Part shown: positions 40,554 through 50,449 of the stretch, piece by piece | Layout: the number at the start of each line of letters is the position of its first letter | Position numbering within the stretch: position 1 is the stretch's first letter | NCBI GenBank assembly: GCA_977020255.1 | Contig: CDROCS010000253.1 | Span: forward strand, 2,294,001 to 2,358,000 | DNA from: Obrimoposthia wandeli | Taxonomy: Eukaryota | Reading direction: 5' to 3' | Length of the DNA stretch: 64,000 nt | Position numbers and translations under genes: made by a program | The notes under the pieces: generated by a model | Database searches by the model: none | What the model was told of the DNA's origin: nothing | What the model saw: the letters and a program-made list of their open reading frames with translations, nothing else

Positions 40554-41885
40554 ATGCGCTATTTAACACTTTCATTAGTTGCTGTGGTACTCATCGCCAC
40601 AATCGGTTTAGGTTGGATGTTTGATGGTATTTATAACCAATACCTCAATCAAAATATGGATCAAAACATTGAGCAAAGCTCAGGTCAACTACGTCAAGGG
40701 AATAATGGACAGCAAAGTGTCGTAGATGCCTTGGAGCTAGTGGGTACTCACTTATCTATAGCGCTTTCTGGTATCGATAATCGACAAGCGTTTATTGAAG
40801 AATGGCCAAGTAAAGGCATGTTGTCGTTACGCTTAAAGCCACTAACTAACTTCCCGCTACCACAAGCTTTACTTACTGATTTAATAGCAGGACAACCATT
40901 ATTACTTGAAACCGATGACAGTATCGCCATGCACTTTTACCTTGCTCGCACTGACGAACTATTGGTGTTAACCACGCCTCCGGTAACGGTTAACCAAACT
41001 AATTCATTTTTACCCATTTTACTGACTAGTTTATTTTATCTAGCGGTATTGTTATTAATGTTGCTTTGGCTTTACCCGCTTATGAGAAGGCTGATGACTT
41101 TACGTCAAACGGCTAAATCTTTTGGCGAAGGTAATTTGAATCAACGTATCGATGTTGGCTCTATTTCGTATATCCGTGATTTAGAGTTAGAGTTTAATCG
41201 CATGGCGCAGCGTATTGATGATTTAGTTACCGATATAAAACTATTAAGTAGTGCTGTTTCTCACGACTTACGGACGCCACTTGCACGTATCCGTTTTGGT
41301 ATTGATACTATTCAAGAAGAAGATGATCCTGTGTTGAGAAAGCGTTTTGAGCAACGTATTAGTGACAACGTTGATGAAATGGTTGATTTGGTGGAAAGTT
41401 TACTGAGTTACGCTCGTTTAGACCAAACCTTAATTACCTTAAACAAAGCACCCGTTGATTTTTCAGCACTGACGACTACCTGCATTAAAAACAAAAGCCA
41501 AGATGATGTTCAGCTGACATATGATTCGCCGAAACAGCCTGTATTCGTTGATGGCGATTTATCTTACTTGATGATTTTGATGAGTAACTTATTACAAAAT
41601 GCCCATCAATACTGTCAAGGGGAAATTCAGGTGAAAGTAACTGAGCAAGGCAATGACATTATTGTTACGGTTGCAGACAATGGACCGGGCATCCCGATAG
41701 CACAAAGAGAACAAATATTTAAACCTTTTATTCGCGGGCAAGGTACTGAAAAGAAGATTAAAGGTTACGGAATGGGCCTTGCTATCGTTAAGCGTATTGT
41801 TGAGTGGCACCATGGCGACATTATCATTGAAAACTCGCCAGAGTTACAAGGGGCAAAATTTAGTGTGACCTTACCTAAAGCGTAG
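40554..41885 (+). CDS. Sensor histidine kinase (RstB-like)
   Basis: Two TM, HAMP, HDLRTPL H-box, NLLQNA, DNGPG, GYGMGL. Confidence 0.95.
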   Translation: MRYLTLSLVAVVLIATIGLGWMFDGIYNQYLNQNMDQNIEQSSGQLRQGNNGQQSVVDALELVGTHLSIALSGIDNRQAFIEEWPSKGMLSLRLKPLTNFPLPQALLTDLIAGQPLLLETDDSIAMHFYLARTDELLVLTTPPVTVNQTNSFLPILLTSLFYLAVLLLMLLWLYPLMRRLMTLRQTAKSFGEGNLNQRIDVGSISYIRDLELEFNRMAQRIDDLVTDIKLLSSAVSHDLRTPLARIRFGIDTIQEEDDPVLRKRFEQRISDNVDEMVDLVESLLSYARLDQTLITLNKAPVDFSALTTTCIKNKSQDDVQLTYDSPKQPVFVDGDLSYLMILMSNLLQNAHQYCQGEIQVKVTEQGNDIIVTVADNGPGIPIAQREQIFKPFIRGQGTEKKIKGYGMGLAIVKRIVEWHHGDIIIENSPELQGAKFSVTLPKA

Positions 41886-41887
41886 AC

Positions 41888-41912
41888 AAAAAAGCCACGT
41901 TAAACGTGGCTT
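41888..41912. terminator. Hairpin between convergent genes
   Basis: AAGCCACGT-TAA-ACGTGGCTT. Confidence 0.6.
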
Positions 41913-42018
41913 AAAAATAATCAGTATTATAGAATTACGATGGATATAAACTTAATTCGTATATTGATATTTAATATCTGAGTTAATACCTGATTTAAGC
42001 CATGACATAACACCTATA

Positions 42019-42498
42019 TTAGCCATCAGTTTTTAAGGTGATCGTTTGCTCTGTATAAGCTTGAGTTCCCCATAAAGGAACCGTTGAAAGGCTATGTTTA
42101 AAACTACCAGAGGTTTCCTTAGTCGCATAAGACAAATACATTAAGGTTTGATTTTTTTCATCATAAATACGTCTTACTTTCATGGTTTTAAAAAAGATAC
42201 TTTTTGATTTTTTAAAAACCACTTCTCCAGATTTACTTTTATCTATTTGAGCGATCATTGCCGACGTGATTTCACCCGTTTGACGACAAGCAATTGAACT
42301 ATCACTAGGATCAGATAAACTCAAATTCGCTTCAACACTTGCTATGTGGCAAGTAACGCCAGGTACTACTGGGTCAATTAAGGTATTAAGTTTTATATCT
42401 TTTAGCGTGAACATACCTAATGAAACATCGCCAACTTCATTATCAGAGCAGCCCATTAGTAGCGTTGGAATAGCAACGGCCAGTATAAATTTTTTCAT
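42019..42498 (-). CDS. creA: CreA-family lipoprotein
   Basis: LMGC lipobox; DP.VPGVTCH, SSIACRQTG, VFKKSKSIFFK. Confidence 0.85.
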   Translation of the reverse strand: MKKFILAVAIPTLLMGCSDNEVGDVSLGMFTLKDIKLNTLIDPVVPGVTCHIASVEANLSLSDPSDSSIACRQTGEITSAMIAQIDKSKSGEVVFKKSKSIFFKTMKVRRIYDEKNQTLMYLSYATKETSGSFKHSLSTVPLWGTQAYTEQTITLKTDG

Positions 42499-42661
42499 GA
42501 ATCTTCCTACAGGTAAAAAATTTTGGATAAACAAATTATAGTGAGTGTATCACACTGAAAATTTAACTATTAATCTTGTCTTTAACCTATCACTTGCGAC
42601 TAACGCACCAAGATTCAAGACAAAATCCGGTAAATAATCTGTGAATTTACTCTGTTTTTTA

Positions 42662-42833
42662 TATACTCATTACCATTCAAGATGTTGCTCAATCGCTTCT
42701 TCGATGGGGTTAAAATCACTTTATACGGCGTTAACTAATCAAACCATAGAATGACTATGCTTAAATTATTTTCCTTGCCTAAAGTGGTTTTAATTCCCAC
42801 TGAAATCCTGCACTTTGATTAGTAACGGGTATA
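42662..42833. mobile_element. ERIC-like element (degenerate)
   Basis: TATACTCATTACCATTCAAGATG...CACTTTGATTAGTAACGGGTATA; CCTTGCCTAAAG..GTTTTAATTCC shared with 47382. Confidence 0.65.
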
Positions 42834-42902
42834 TAATAATTGATTTTTATTTATCATTCGGTGAGCCAGCCTTAACGCTCACTTTTATATTGGAGTAAAC
42901 CA

Positions 42903-44993
42903 ATGCGTTCTTTTTCTCGCTTTTCTTGTCGATTAGCTTTTGCTGCTAGTGTTCTAGCGACACCTTTCATAACGGTGGCAAATACCACTGTTGCTAGTAG
43001 TACAGGGAGTAGTAACCTCTTTGAAGCTAAAGATATTTTCTCACTGGAATATGCCAGCGATCCACAAATATCTCCTGATGGCGAAAAAATTGTTTATATC
43101 AGAAATTCAAACAATATTATGACCGATGATAAAAACAAAAACCTATGGTTGGTTGATGTTGACAGTAAAAAGCAGTTACCACTTTTTTCTGATGACAAAC
43201 AATATTCACAACCGCGTTGGTCAGCTGATGGCGAAAAAATTGCCTTTGTCAGTAATTTAACCGGTAGTTATCAAATACACGTGCATTACCTTGAACAAAA
43301 TCGCACTGCATTGATCAGCCAAGTGCAAGGTGGTGTTGGTAGTTTAACCTGGTCACCAGATGGTAAGTGGCTGGCGTTTACACAACTTGTTGCCGACAAG
43401 AGAACGGTTATTGCTAAAATGCCCGAAAAACCTAAAGGGGCTAAATGGTCAAAACCTGTGGTTATTATTGACCAAGCCTATTATCAAGCCGATGGTCGCG
43501 GTTTAATTACACCCGGTTATCAGCATATTTTTGTTTTACCAAGTGAGGGCGGTACTCCACGTCAGATCACTCAAGGGGATTTTCATCATAAAGGAAAGCT
43601 TACTTGGAATAAAAAAAGTGATGCTATCGTTTTTTCAGTCAATCGTATAAAAGATTGGGAATATAAATCATTGGAAGGTGATTTATTTAAAGTCATGCTA
43701 AATGATGGTGAGCTAACGCAGTTAACCTCTACACCGGGTAAAGAGTTTAATCCTGTTTTTTCTGAAAATGGTGAGAAACTTGCCTTTTTGTCAACTTCTA
43801 ACGCATTGAACCCTTATCGTAATGCCAAATTAAATATTATGGATTGGAAGTCTAAAAAAACGAGTGAGATTGCGAGTAATTTTGACCGTTCTATCCAAGA
43901 CCCACAATGGTTATCAAGCTCGTTGTTAGCGATGACTTATGATGATTTTGGTAAGCGTAAATTGGCGACTATCTCAACCAAAGGTAAAGTTAAAGACTTA
44001 ACTGATACTCTAGTAGGAAGTAGCATTGGTCGTCCTTATATAAGTGGTAGCTTTACGGCTTCAAATGAAGGATATATAGCTTTTACGCAAGGTAGTAGTT
44101 CACGTCCAGCAGATGTTGCAGTTATTAGCACCCGTAAAAAACTTGTTAAACTAACACAATTAAATGAAGATTTATTGGCACATAAAAGTTTAGGTAAAGT
44201 CACTGAAATTAATTATAAATCATCATTTGATGATGAGCCTATTCAAGGTTGGTACGTTACCCCACCAAACTTTGATCCTAAGAAAAAGTACCCACTTATT
44301 TTAGAGATCCACGGCGGTCCACACTTAGCTTACGGCCCACACTTTTCTGCTGAACTACAACGCTTTGCAGCGCAAGGTTATGTTGTTTTCTATGATAACC
44401 ATCGCGGTAGTAGTTCTTACGGCGAACGTTTTGCCATGTTATTAAAGTATAAATACAGCTCTAAAGAAGATTTTGCCGATCATAATTCAGGTGTCGACGC
44501 TATGTTGGGTTTGGGCTTTATTGATGAAGATAATTTGTTTATTGCTGGCGGCTCTGCTGGCGGTATTGCAACGGCTTATGCTATTGGCTTAACCGATCGT
44601 TTTTCTGCCGCCGTAGTGGTTAAACCGGTTATTAACTGGTTAAGTAAAGTACTAACAGCAGATAGCGGTTTAGGGCAAATACCTACACAGTTCCCAGGAA
44701 TGCCTTGGGAACATGTTGAGCATTATTGGAAGCGTTCTCCAATGTCATTAGTAGGTAATGTTACAACACCGACTATGTTGATGACAGGTGAAGAAGATTT
44801 ACGTACACCAATGGCGCAAACTGAGCAGTTTTATCAAGCGCTTAAATTAAGAAAGATTGATACTGTGTTAGTCAAAGTACCCGGTTCACCGCATGGTATT
44901 GCGGGCAAACCGTCAAGAATGATTACTAAAATTGAACATACCCTTGCTTGGTTTGAAAAATATAAAACTAGTACCGCTAAGTCATACCAGTAA
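42903..44993 (+). CDS. S9 family secreted peptidase
   Basis: Signal peptide, PD40/beta-propeller repeats, IHGGPH, GGSAGG nucleophile, EDLRTP, GSPHG. Confidence 0.93.
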   Translation: MRSFSRFSCRLAFAASVLATPFITVANTTVASSTGSSNLFEAKDIFSLEYASDPQISPDGEKIVYIRNSNNIMTDDKNKNLWLVDVDSKKQLPLFSDDKQYSQPRWSADGEKIAFVSNLTGSYQIHVHYLEQNRTALISQVQGGVGSLTWSPDGKWLAFTQLVADKRTVIAKMPEKPKGAKWSKPVVIIDQAYYQADGRGLITPGYQHIFVLPSEGGTPRQITQGDFHHKGKLTWNKKSDAIVFSVNRIKDWEYKSLEGDLFKVMLNDGELTQLTSTPGKEFNPVFSENGEKLAFLSTSNALNPYRNAKLNIMDWKSKKTSEIASNFDRSIQDPQWLSSSLLAMTYDDFGKRKLATISTKGKVKDLTDTLVGSSIGRPYISGSFTASNEGYIAFTQGSSSRPADVAVISTRKKLVKLTQLNEDLLAHKSLGKVTEINYKSSFDDEPIQGWYVTPPNFDPKKKYPLILEIHGGPHLAYGPHFSAELQRFAAQGYVVFYDNHRGSSSYGERFAMLLKYKYSSKEDFADHNSGVDAMLGLGFIDEDNLFIAGGSAGGIATAYAIGLTDRFSAAVVVKPVINWLSKVLTADSGLGQIPTQFPGMPWEHVEHYWKRSPMSLVGNVTTPTMLMTGEEDLRTPMAQTEQFYQALKLRKIDTVLVKVPGSPHGIAGKPSRMITKIEHTLAWFEKYKTSTAKSYQ

Positions 44994-45087
44994 AATGAAA
45001 CCCAAGTTAAATTAGTTTGGTTTATTATTTTTTACAAGGGAAGCATATCTTTATTAATAGCTTGATTAGTAATTAAGCTTACTTAAT

Positions 45088-45122
45088 AAAAAATGCCAGT
45101 CATGTTACCTGACTGGCATTCT
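45088..45122. terminator. Bidirectional terminator
   Basis: AATGCCAGTCA-TGTTACC-TGACTGGCATT. Confidence 0.75.
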
Positions 45123-45217
45123 TATTAATGCGTTAATTTACCAAGTAAATAGCTAGTAAATATTCAAGCAAAGGCTCTTCTACATTCGTTTAACGCTAAG
45201 CTAGCTTAGCAGCATTA

Positions 45218-47281
45218 CTACCAGATGCGAACACGTTCGTCTTCTGGTAAATAAAGCGCATCACCTGGTTTTACGTCAAACGCTTTGTACCATGCATCGT
45301 GGTTACGTGGTGCTTGAGCGCGAAAACGTCCTGGTGCATGTGTGCCACCACGTAGCTGGTTTAGCATGCTTTTTTCTGTGCGTTTCTCTTTCCATACTTG
45401 TGCCCAAGCTAAGAAGAAACGTTGATCACCGGTAACACCGTTAATAACAGGGGCTTCTTTGCCATTTAAGCTTAATCTATAAGCATGGTAGGCCATTGAT
45501 AAACCGCCAACATCTCCAATGTTTTCGCCTAAGCTATTTCGGCCGTTAACAAAGTTATCAGTAATAGGTTCATATTTATTGTATTGTGCGACTAATTGAT
45601 CTGCTTTAGCATCAAACGCATCACGGTCTTCATCAGTCCACCAGTTACGTTGAATACCATTAGCATCGGACTTTGAACCTTGATCATCAAAACCGTGACC
45701 CATTTCATGACCAATTACTGCACCAATGGCACCGTAGTTAACCGCGGCATCAGCATTTGGATCGAAAAATGGAGGTTGTAAAATTGCTGCAGGGAATACA
45801 ATTTCATTAAATGAACTGTTGTAATAGGCGTTTACACGCTGTGGCGTCATGCCCCAGCGGTTACGGTCGGTTTTCTTTAACTCTTTAGCAACGCTATCAG
45901 CATTAAAAAATTGACGAAGATGTTTGATGTTACCAACCAAGTCATTTTTAGAAATGGTTACACCATCAAATTCCTGCCATACATCAGGATAACCAATTTT
46001 AGGATTAAATGCGGCAAGCTTAGCATGCGCGTTAACTTTGGTTTCTTCGCCCATCCAATCAAGACCATCGATACGTTGGCCAAGTGCGGTACGTAAATTT
46101 TCAACGAGTTGAGCCATTTGCAGTTTCGAACTTTCAGGAAAGAAACGGGCTACATACACTTTACCAATAGCAAAACCTAAAGACTCGGTATCTGACATTT
46201 CGCCAATAGCGCGCTTCCAACGTGGACGAGGCTCTTGTTGGCCGCTTAACTCTTTGCCATAAAAAGCAAAGTTAGCAGCATAAATTTCTTCAGATAATAA
46301 ATCGGCATTACCACTAATAGTATGGAAGGTTAAATAGTCTTGCCAAACCGATAACGGCTCTGAATTCACCAAAGCGATCATTGCTTTAACGGGTTCAGGT
46401 TGAGAAATATTAAGTTGTGGCACTTTGTAGCCAGATTGTGCGAAGTAAGTATCCCAGTCAAAATCTGGATATTGTTTAGCTAAATCGGTACGTTGTACTT
46501 GGTTTAAGGTTAAGTCACGGTTACGTTTTTTCTCACGTGGCCAATGACCTTGCGCTATTTTAGTTTCTAGCGCTAAAATTTTTTCAGCACGTGCTTGACC
46601 GTTTTCTATTCCGGCAAAACTCAACATAGTAACGATATGTTCTACATACGCATTGCGCGTTTTCACAAATCGTTCACTTTCTTCTAAGTAGTAAGAACGA
46701 TCAGGAAGACCTAAACCACCAGTACCAACAGACATCTCATATTGATTTGGGTTTAAACGGTTAAACCACATATAACCGCCAATAGGAGACTTAGCACCTG
46801 TTAACCATGCTTCACCAAATATTTTGGTTAAGTCTTCAGTATTTTTTACTGCGCTAATTTGCTCTAAAGTCGATTGGATCGGGCTGATGCCTAATTTATT
46901 AACGGTTTCAGTGTCCATATAGGATTGATAAAAATCAGCCACTAATTGTTCATCGGCGTTTAAATCAGTACGGCTAGTAATATCGTCAATAATTTCTTTT
47001 ACTTGTGTTTCACTGCGCTCAGCTAACCCGGTAAAAGCACCAAAACGTGTTTTGTCGGCAGGCATTACATAATGGTCATACCAAGTCCCACTCGCATACA
47101 TAAAGAAGTCATCACCAGGTTTAACTACTTCATTGCGGGCGCTTAAATCAACACCGAAGCTTCCTAGTTCGGCTTTACTGGCGATTGTACTTTTATTACT
47201 GTTGTTATTGCTCGCGTCAAACATGCCACAACCGCCAATAACGGTAGTTGCTAAGGCAATGGCTATCAAAGTTTTTTTCAT
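45218..47281 (-). CDS. M13 (PepO/neprilysin-like) metallopeptidase lipoprotein
   Basis: IGGC lipobox, VNAYY, HEMGH, GENIGD. Confidence 0.95.
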   Translation of the reverse strand: MKKTLIAIALATTVIGGCGMFDASNNNSNKSTIASKAELGSFGVDLSARNEVVKPGDDFFMYASGTWYDHYVMPADKTRFGAFTGLAERSETQVKEIIDDITSRTDLNADEQLVADFYQSYMDTETVNKLGISPIQSTLEQISAVKNTEDLTKIFGEAWLTGAKSPIGGYMWFNRLNPNQYEMSVGTGGLGLPDRSYYLEESERFVKTRNAYVEHIVTMLSFAGIENGQARAEKILALETKIAQGHWPREKKRNRDLTLNQVQRTDLAKQYPDFDWDTYFAQSGYKVPQLNISQPEPVKAMIALVNSEPLSVWQDYLTFHTISGNADLLSEEIYAANFAFYGKELSGQQEPRPRWKRAIGEMSDTESLGFAIGKVYVARFFPESSKLQMAQLVENLRTALGQRIDGLDWMGEETKVNAHAKLAAFNPKIGYPDVWQEFDGVTISKNDLVGNIKHLRQFFNADSVAKELKKTDRNRWGMTPQRVNAYYNSSFNEIVFPAAILQPPFFDPNADAAVNYGAIGAVIGHEMGHGFDDQGSKSDANGIQRNWWTDEDRDAFDAKADQLVAQYNKYEPITDNFVNGRNSLGENIGDVGGLSMAYHAYRLSLNGKEAPVINGVTGDQRFFLAWAQVWKEKRTEKSMLNQLRGGTHAPGRFRAQAPRNHDAWYKAFDVKPGDALYLPEDERVRIW

Positions 47282-47381
47282 AGAATAAGTCTCTTTTTAA
47301 ATTAATTAGTAATAACAAGTGGCTTAAATAAATTAGTAATACAAGGTAATAGCGACATTAAAAAAGCATCCTAGGTGTTGA

Positions 47382-47696
47382 TATACCCGCTCCACTTGAA
47401 GATGCTCGTTTCAGGAAGTTTGAGCGATTCATAATCAAGGCGCATTTTTTTATTAAGGGTCATTCAGGAGAATATGCTCCTGCATTCTCTAAAAAGCTAC
47501 ATCCATGTAGCGCCCTTAAAAAGAAAGGTAACGCAGAGTATGATTTGCTCAACCTTCCCCAAGGGGCTGGTTTAGAAACGCTTTAAGCTGCGTTATTGAT
47601 TTCGACAATAGAATAACTATTCTCTTCAATCAATGCCTTGCCTAAAGGCGTTTCTAATTCCAGCTGAATCATGCATCTTCAAGTGGAACGGGTATA
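47382..47696. mobile_element. Full-length ERIC-like composite element, 315 bp
   Basis: TATACCCGCTCCACTTGAAGATGC...GCATCTTCAAGTGGAACGGGTATA (24-bp near-perfect termini). Confidence 0.9.
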
Positions 47697-47921
47697 TATC
47701 AACTAAGATGTTGGAGTTGCTTCATTACTTTTTTAAATATATTGATAATTTACTCATATTTAACGGCTAACGGTACCACTTTGGACCCAGACATTTTCTC
47801 GTATGTTAAAAAAATGTCAACTAGGATTCGATTAACGGTAGGATTTATTCGATGGACTCTTTGCAATTATTGATTTTGCTAGGTATAAAGACGGCCACGA
47901 TTTGTTATTTTATGAGTTAGC

Positions 47922-48449
47922 TTGGTGAAAATACTTTCATTTATATTTTTATTACTATTTACAGTTCCTGTACTTGCAAAATCCTCTTTAGAAAAATCAG
48001 GGGATATCATCCATTTACTTTTACCTGCGGCGGCCCTTGGCGCAACGCTTGTGATAGAAGATGATTATCAAGGCAGCTGGCAGCTTATAAAAACAGGAGT
48101 GGTTTCTCGTGTGGCAGTGGAAGGCTTAAAGTATGCAGTAGATAAAGATCGACCAGATGACTCAGATGATGACTCATTTCCTTCAGGCCATACGGCTGAT
48201 AGTTTTGCTGCAGCAACATTTATTCAGCAGCGTTATGGCTGGAAGTGGGCCATTCCGGCTTATATCGGTGCTACTTTTGTCGGTTATAGTCGAGTTGAAA
48301 GCGATAAGCATTATCTAGAAGACGTTTTAGCGGGGGCTGCTATTGGTATTATTTCAGGTCTCTATTTCACCGAACCCTACTCAGGTATTACCATTTCACC
48401 TATCGCTAAAAGTGGGCATTACGGCATTAATTTTAGCGGCACTTTTTAA
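47922..48449 (+). CDS. PAP2-family phosphatase
   Basis: K-x6-RP, FPSGH, SRxxxxxHxxxD; promoter-like TTGCAA-N17-TATAAA at 47861-47889. Confidence 0.9.
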   Translation: MVKILSFIFLLLFTVPVLAKSSLEKSGDIIHLLLPAAALGATLVIEDDYQGSWQLIKTGVVSRVAVEGLKYAVDKDRPDDSDDDSFPSGHTADSFAAATFIQQRYGWKWAIPAYIGATFVGYSRVESDKHYLEDVLAGAAIGIISGLYFTEPYSGITISPIAKSGHYGINFSGTF

Positions 48450-48492
48450 CTATTTGACTCGTTTGGTATTAGCAAAAAAAGAGATTTTATCT

Positions 48493-48807
48493 ATGAATAA
48501 TAAAGTATCACAAGAAACTCAAGATCAAGCGCTGAAAGTTGCCAAAGCCACACAAAAAAAAGGGCAAACGAAAGAGCAAACCAAGCTCATTGCACAAGGG
48601 ATAGAAAAAGGTATTGCAGAGTATAAAAAACTGCAAAGTAAAAAGTCACGTGAGCGTGATAAAGATCGTAAACAACAAGTAAAGCAAAAGCAGCGTCTGA
48701 CAGAAGAAACCACTGAACTAACCGAAACCCAAAATAGTAATAATTTACCTTGGTTATTATTAGGTGTTAGTTGGCTTGCCTTTATTGCTTATGTTTTTTT
48801 GAACTAA
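48493..48807 (+). CDS. DUF2956 family protein
   Basis: QKKGQTKEQTKLIAQGIEKGIAEYKK; C-terminal LPWLLLGVSW TM. Confidence 0.85.
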   Translation: MNNKVSQETQDQALKVAKATQKKGQTKEQTKLIAQGIEKGIAEYKKLQSKKSRERDKDRKQQVKQKQRLTEETTELTETQNSNNLPWLLLGVSWLAFIAYVFLN

Positions 48808-49102
48808 CGAGTAGATAATCAATGCTTACGGCTTTTATAAGCTTATTTTTTAGTACTATATGTCTTTATAATTCAAATAAAAACAATGGTTTGTGATTTT
48901 ATAACACAGTTGGTACTAGCTAGTAAATAATGGGCGTAAAGTTTATTTCTCCATAGGAGGTTGCGCTATTTTAAAATGGCTGTTCAAAAACAAAGCGCTT
49001 TTTCACGTTAATAAAATCTAATCGGATTAATTATGATCTATCCCTACACATGAGTATTTCTAATTTGTAAAAATAGTGTTTTATTTTTAATAGAGTTTAC
49101 TG

Positions 49103-50071
49103 ATGAGTTCTTGGCCAGAATATGTAACCGCCTTACCTGATGGGCATCCTGTAAAAGTTTACTTCGAAGAAAATCAATTAGTACAGTCTTTACTTTCTGA
49201 GATTAGCGCAATAGATCCACAAAATGATTTTGAATTGTTTTTTAATGTATTTAATCAGCTATCTGGTGTTGAAAAACGCTTCACTCGAAAGGAAAATCAG
49301 CTTTTCCCTTACTTGGAAAAACAGGGTTGGACAGGGCCTAGTCAAGGAATGTGGGCATTTCACGATCAAGTACGTGATTTATTTCGTGAAGTCAGGGCTT
49401 GTATAGAAGCAAAATCACTTAATAAAGTCTCGCGAATCATCAAACGTATTGCCGGTGAGCTATTTCATTTGATGGAAATTGAAGAGCATAGACTCTTTCC
49501 AAACGCCCTTGAATTATTAAGTGAAGATGACTGGAAAGAGATGCGTGAAGGTGATGTTGAAATTGGCTGGATGTTAACTAAAGAGCCTGCGCCTTACCCT
49601 GCAGAAGAGTACGTACATCCGGGAGAAGATAGGCGTAAGCGCCGTTTACCGTTTTCAACTGACGATCGGATTCGTCTTGATGAAGGTTATATTTCAACAG
49701 AACAGCTAAATCTGATGCTGCAGTTTATGCCAATAGACCTTACTTATGTTGATGAAAATGACATCGTGGTTTTTTATAATCGCGGTGATAATCGTGTTTT
49801 CCCACGCTCTGCTGGCATTATTGGTCGAGAAGTAAAGTTCTGCCATCCGCCAAAATCTGTTGGTAGCGTTTTACAAATTCTCGAAGAGTTCAAAAAAGGC
49901 ACTCAAGATAAGGCTGAGTTTTGGATTAATTTTAAAGATAAAAAAATTCATATTCGTTATTTTGCCATTAGAGATAAAGAGGGTGTTTATAAAGGTGTTA
50001 TTGAAATGTCGCAAGATATCACTGAGATTTTAAAAATAGAAGGTCAACAACGCTTACTTGATTGGGGCTAA
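49103..50071 (+). CDS. Hemerythrin-like + PAS (DUF438-type) protein
   Basis: GHPV...EEN, RKENQLFP, FHD, EEHRLFP; C-terminal PIDLTYVDEND...FPRSAGIIGREVKFCHPPKS PAS. Confidence 0.85.
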   Translation: MSSWPEYVTALPDGHPVKVYFEENQLVQSLLSEISAIDPQNDFELFFNVFNQLSGVEKRFTRKENQLFPYLEKQGWTGPSQGMWAFHDQVRDLFREVRACIEAKSLNKVSRIIKRIAGELFHLMEIEEHRLFPNALELLSEDDWKEMREGDVEIGWMLTKEPAPYPAEEYVHPGEDRRKRRLPFSTDDRIRLDEGYISTEQLNLMLQFMPIDLTYVDENDIVVFYNRGDNRVFPRSAGIIGREVKFCHPPKSVGSVLQILEEFKKGTQDKAEFWINFKDKKIHIRYFAIRDKEGVYKGVIEMSQDITEILKIEGQQRLLDWG

Positions 50072-50107
50072 GCTGCGCTTTAGTTAAAAAGACATTAAAT
50101 TTAAATA

Positions 50108-50370
50108 ATACCAAATGAAAAAATAAATGAGTCAATTCAGAGCTGTGTCAGGGAAGTTAGAACAAGCAAAATTTGTGCGTATATAGTCGTTCTATATCAA
50201 ACAAATTTGTGACGTATCACTTTCCTGACAAGCTCCCAAGGGCGAGTTTAAAAGGTTTATATGCAGCGTTATTGATTTTGACAAGGGAATAACCATTATC
50301 TTCAATCAATGCCTTGCCTCTAAACCTTTTAATTCTCGCTGAATGATCTATTAATTACTTCAATTGGTAT
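50108..50370. mobile_element. ATACCAA-terminus miniature element
   Basis: ATACCAAATGAA...TTCAATTGGTAT; internal core is the reverse complement of 33150-33257. Confidence 0.85.
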
Positions 50371-50373
50371 AAG

Positions 50374-50409
50374 AAAGGCAGGGCGGTTTAATACCGCCAT
50401 GCCTTTTTT
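50374..50409. terminator. Bidirectional terminator
   Basis: AAAGGCAGGGCGGT-TTAAT-ACCGCCATGCCTTTTTT. Confidence 0.75.
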
Positions 50410-50449
50410 CATTTATTGCTGGCGCTGAAGGTGACTGTGTTAACTCAAG

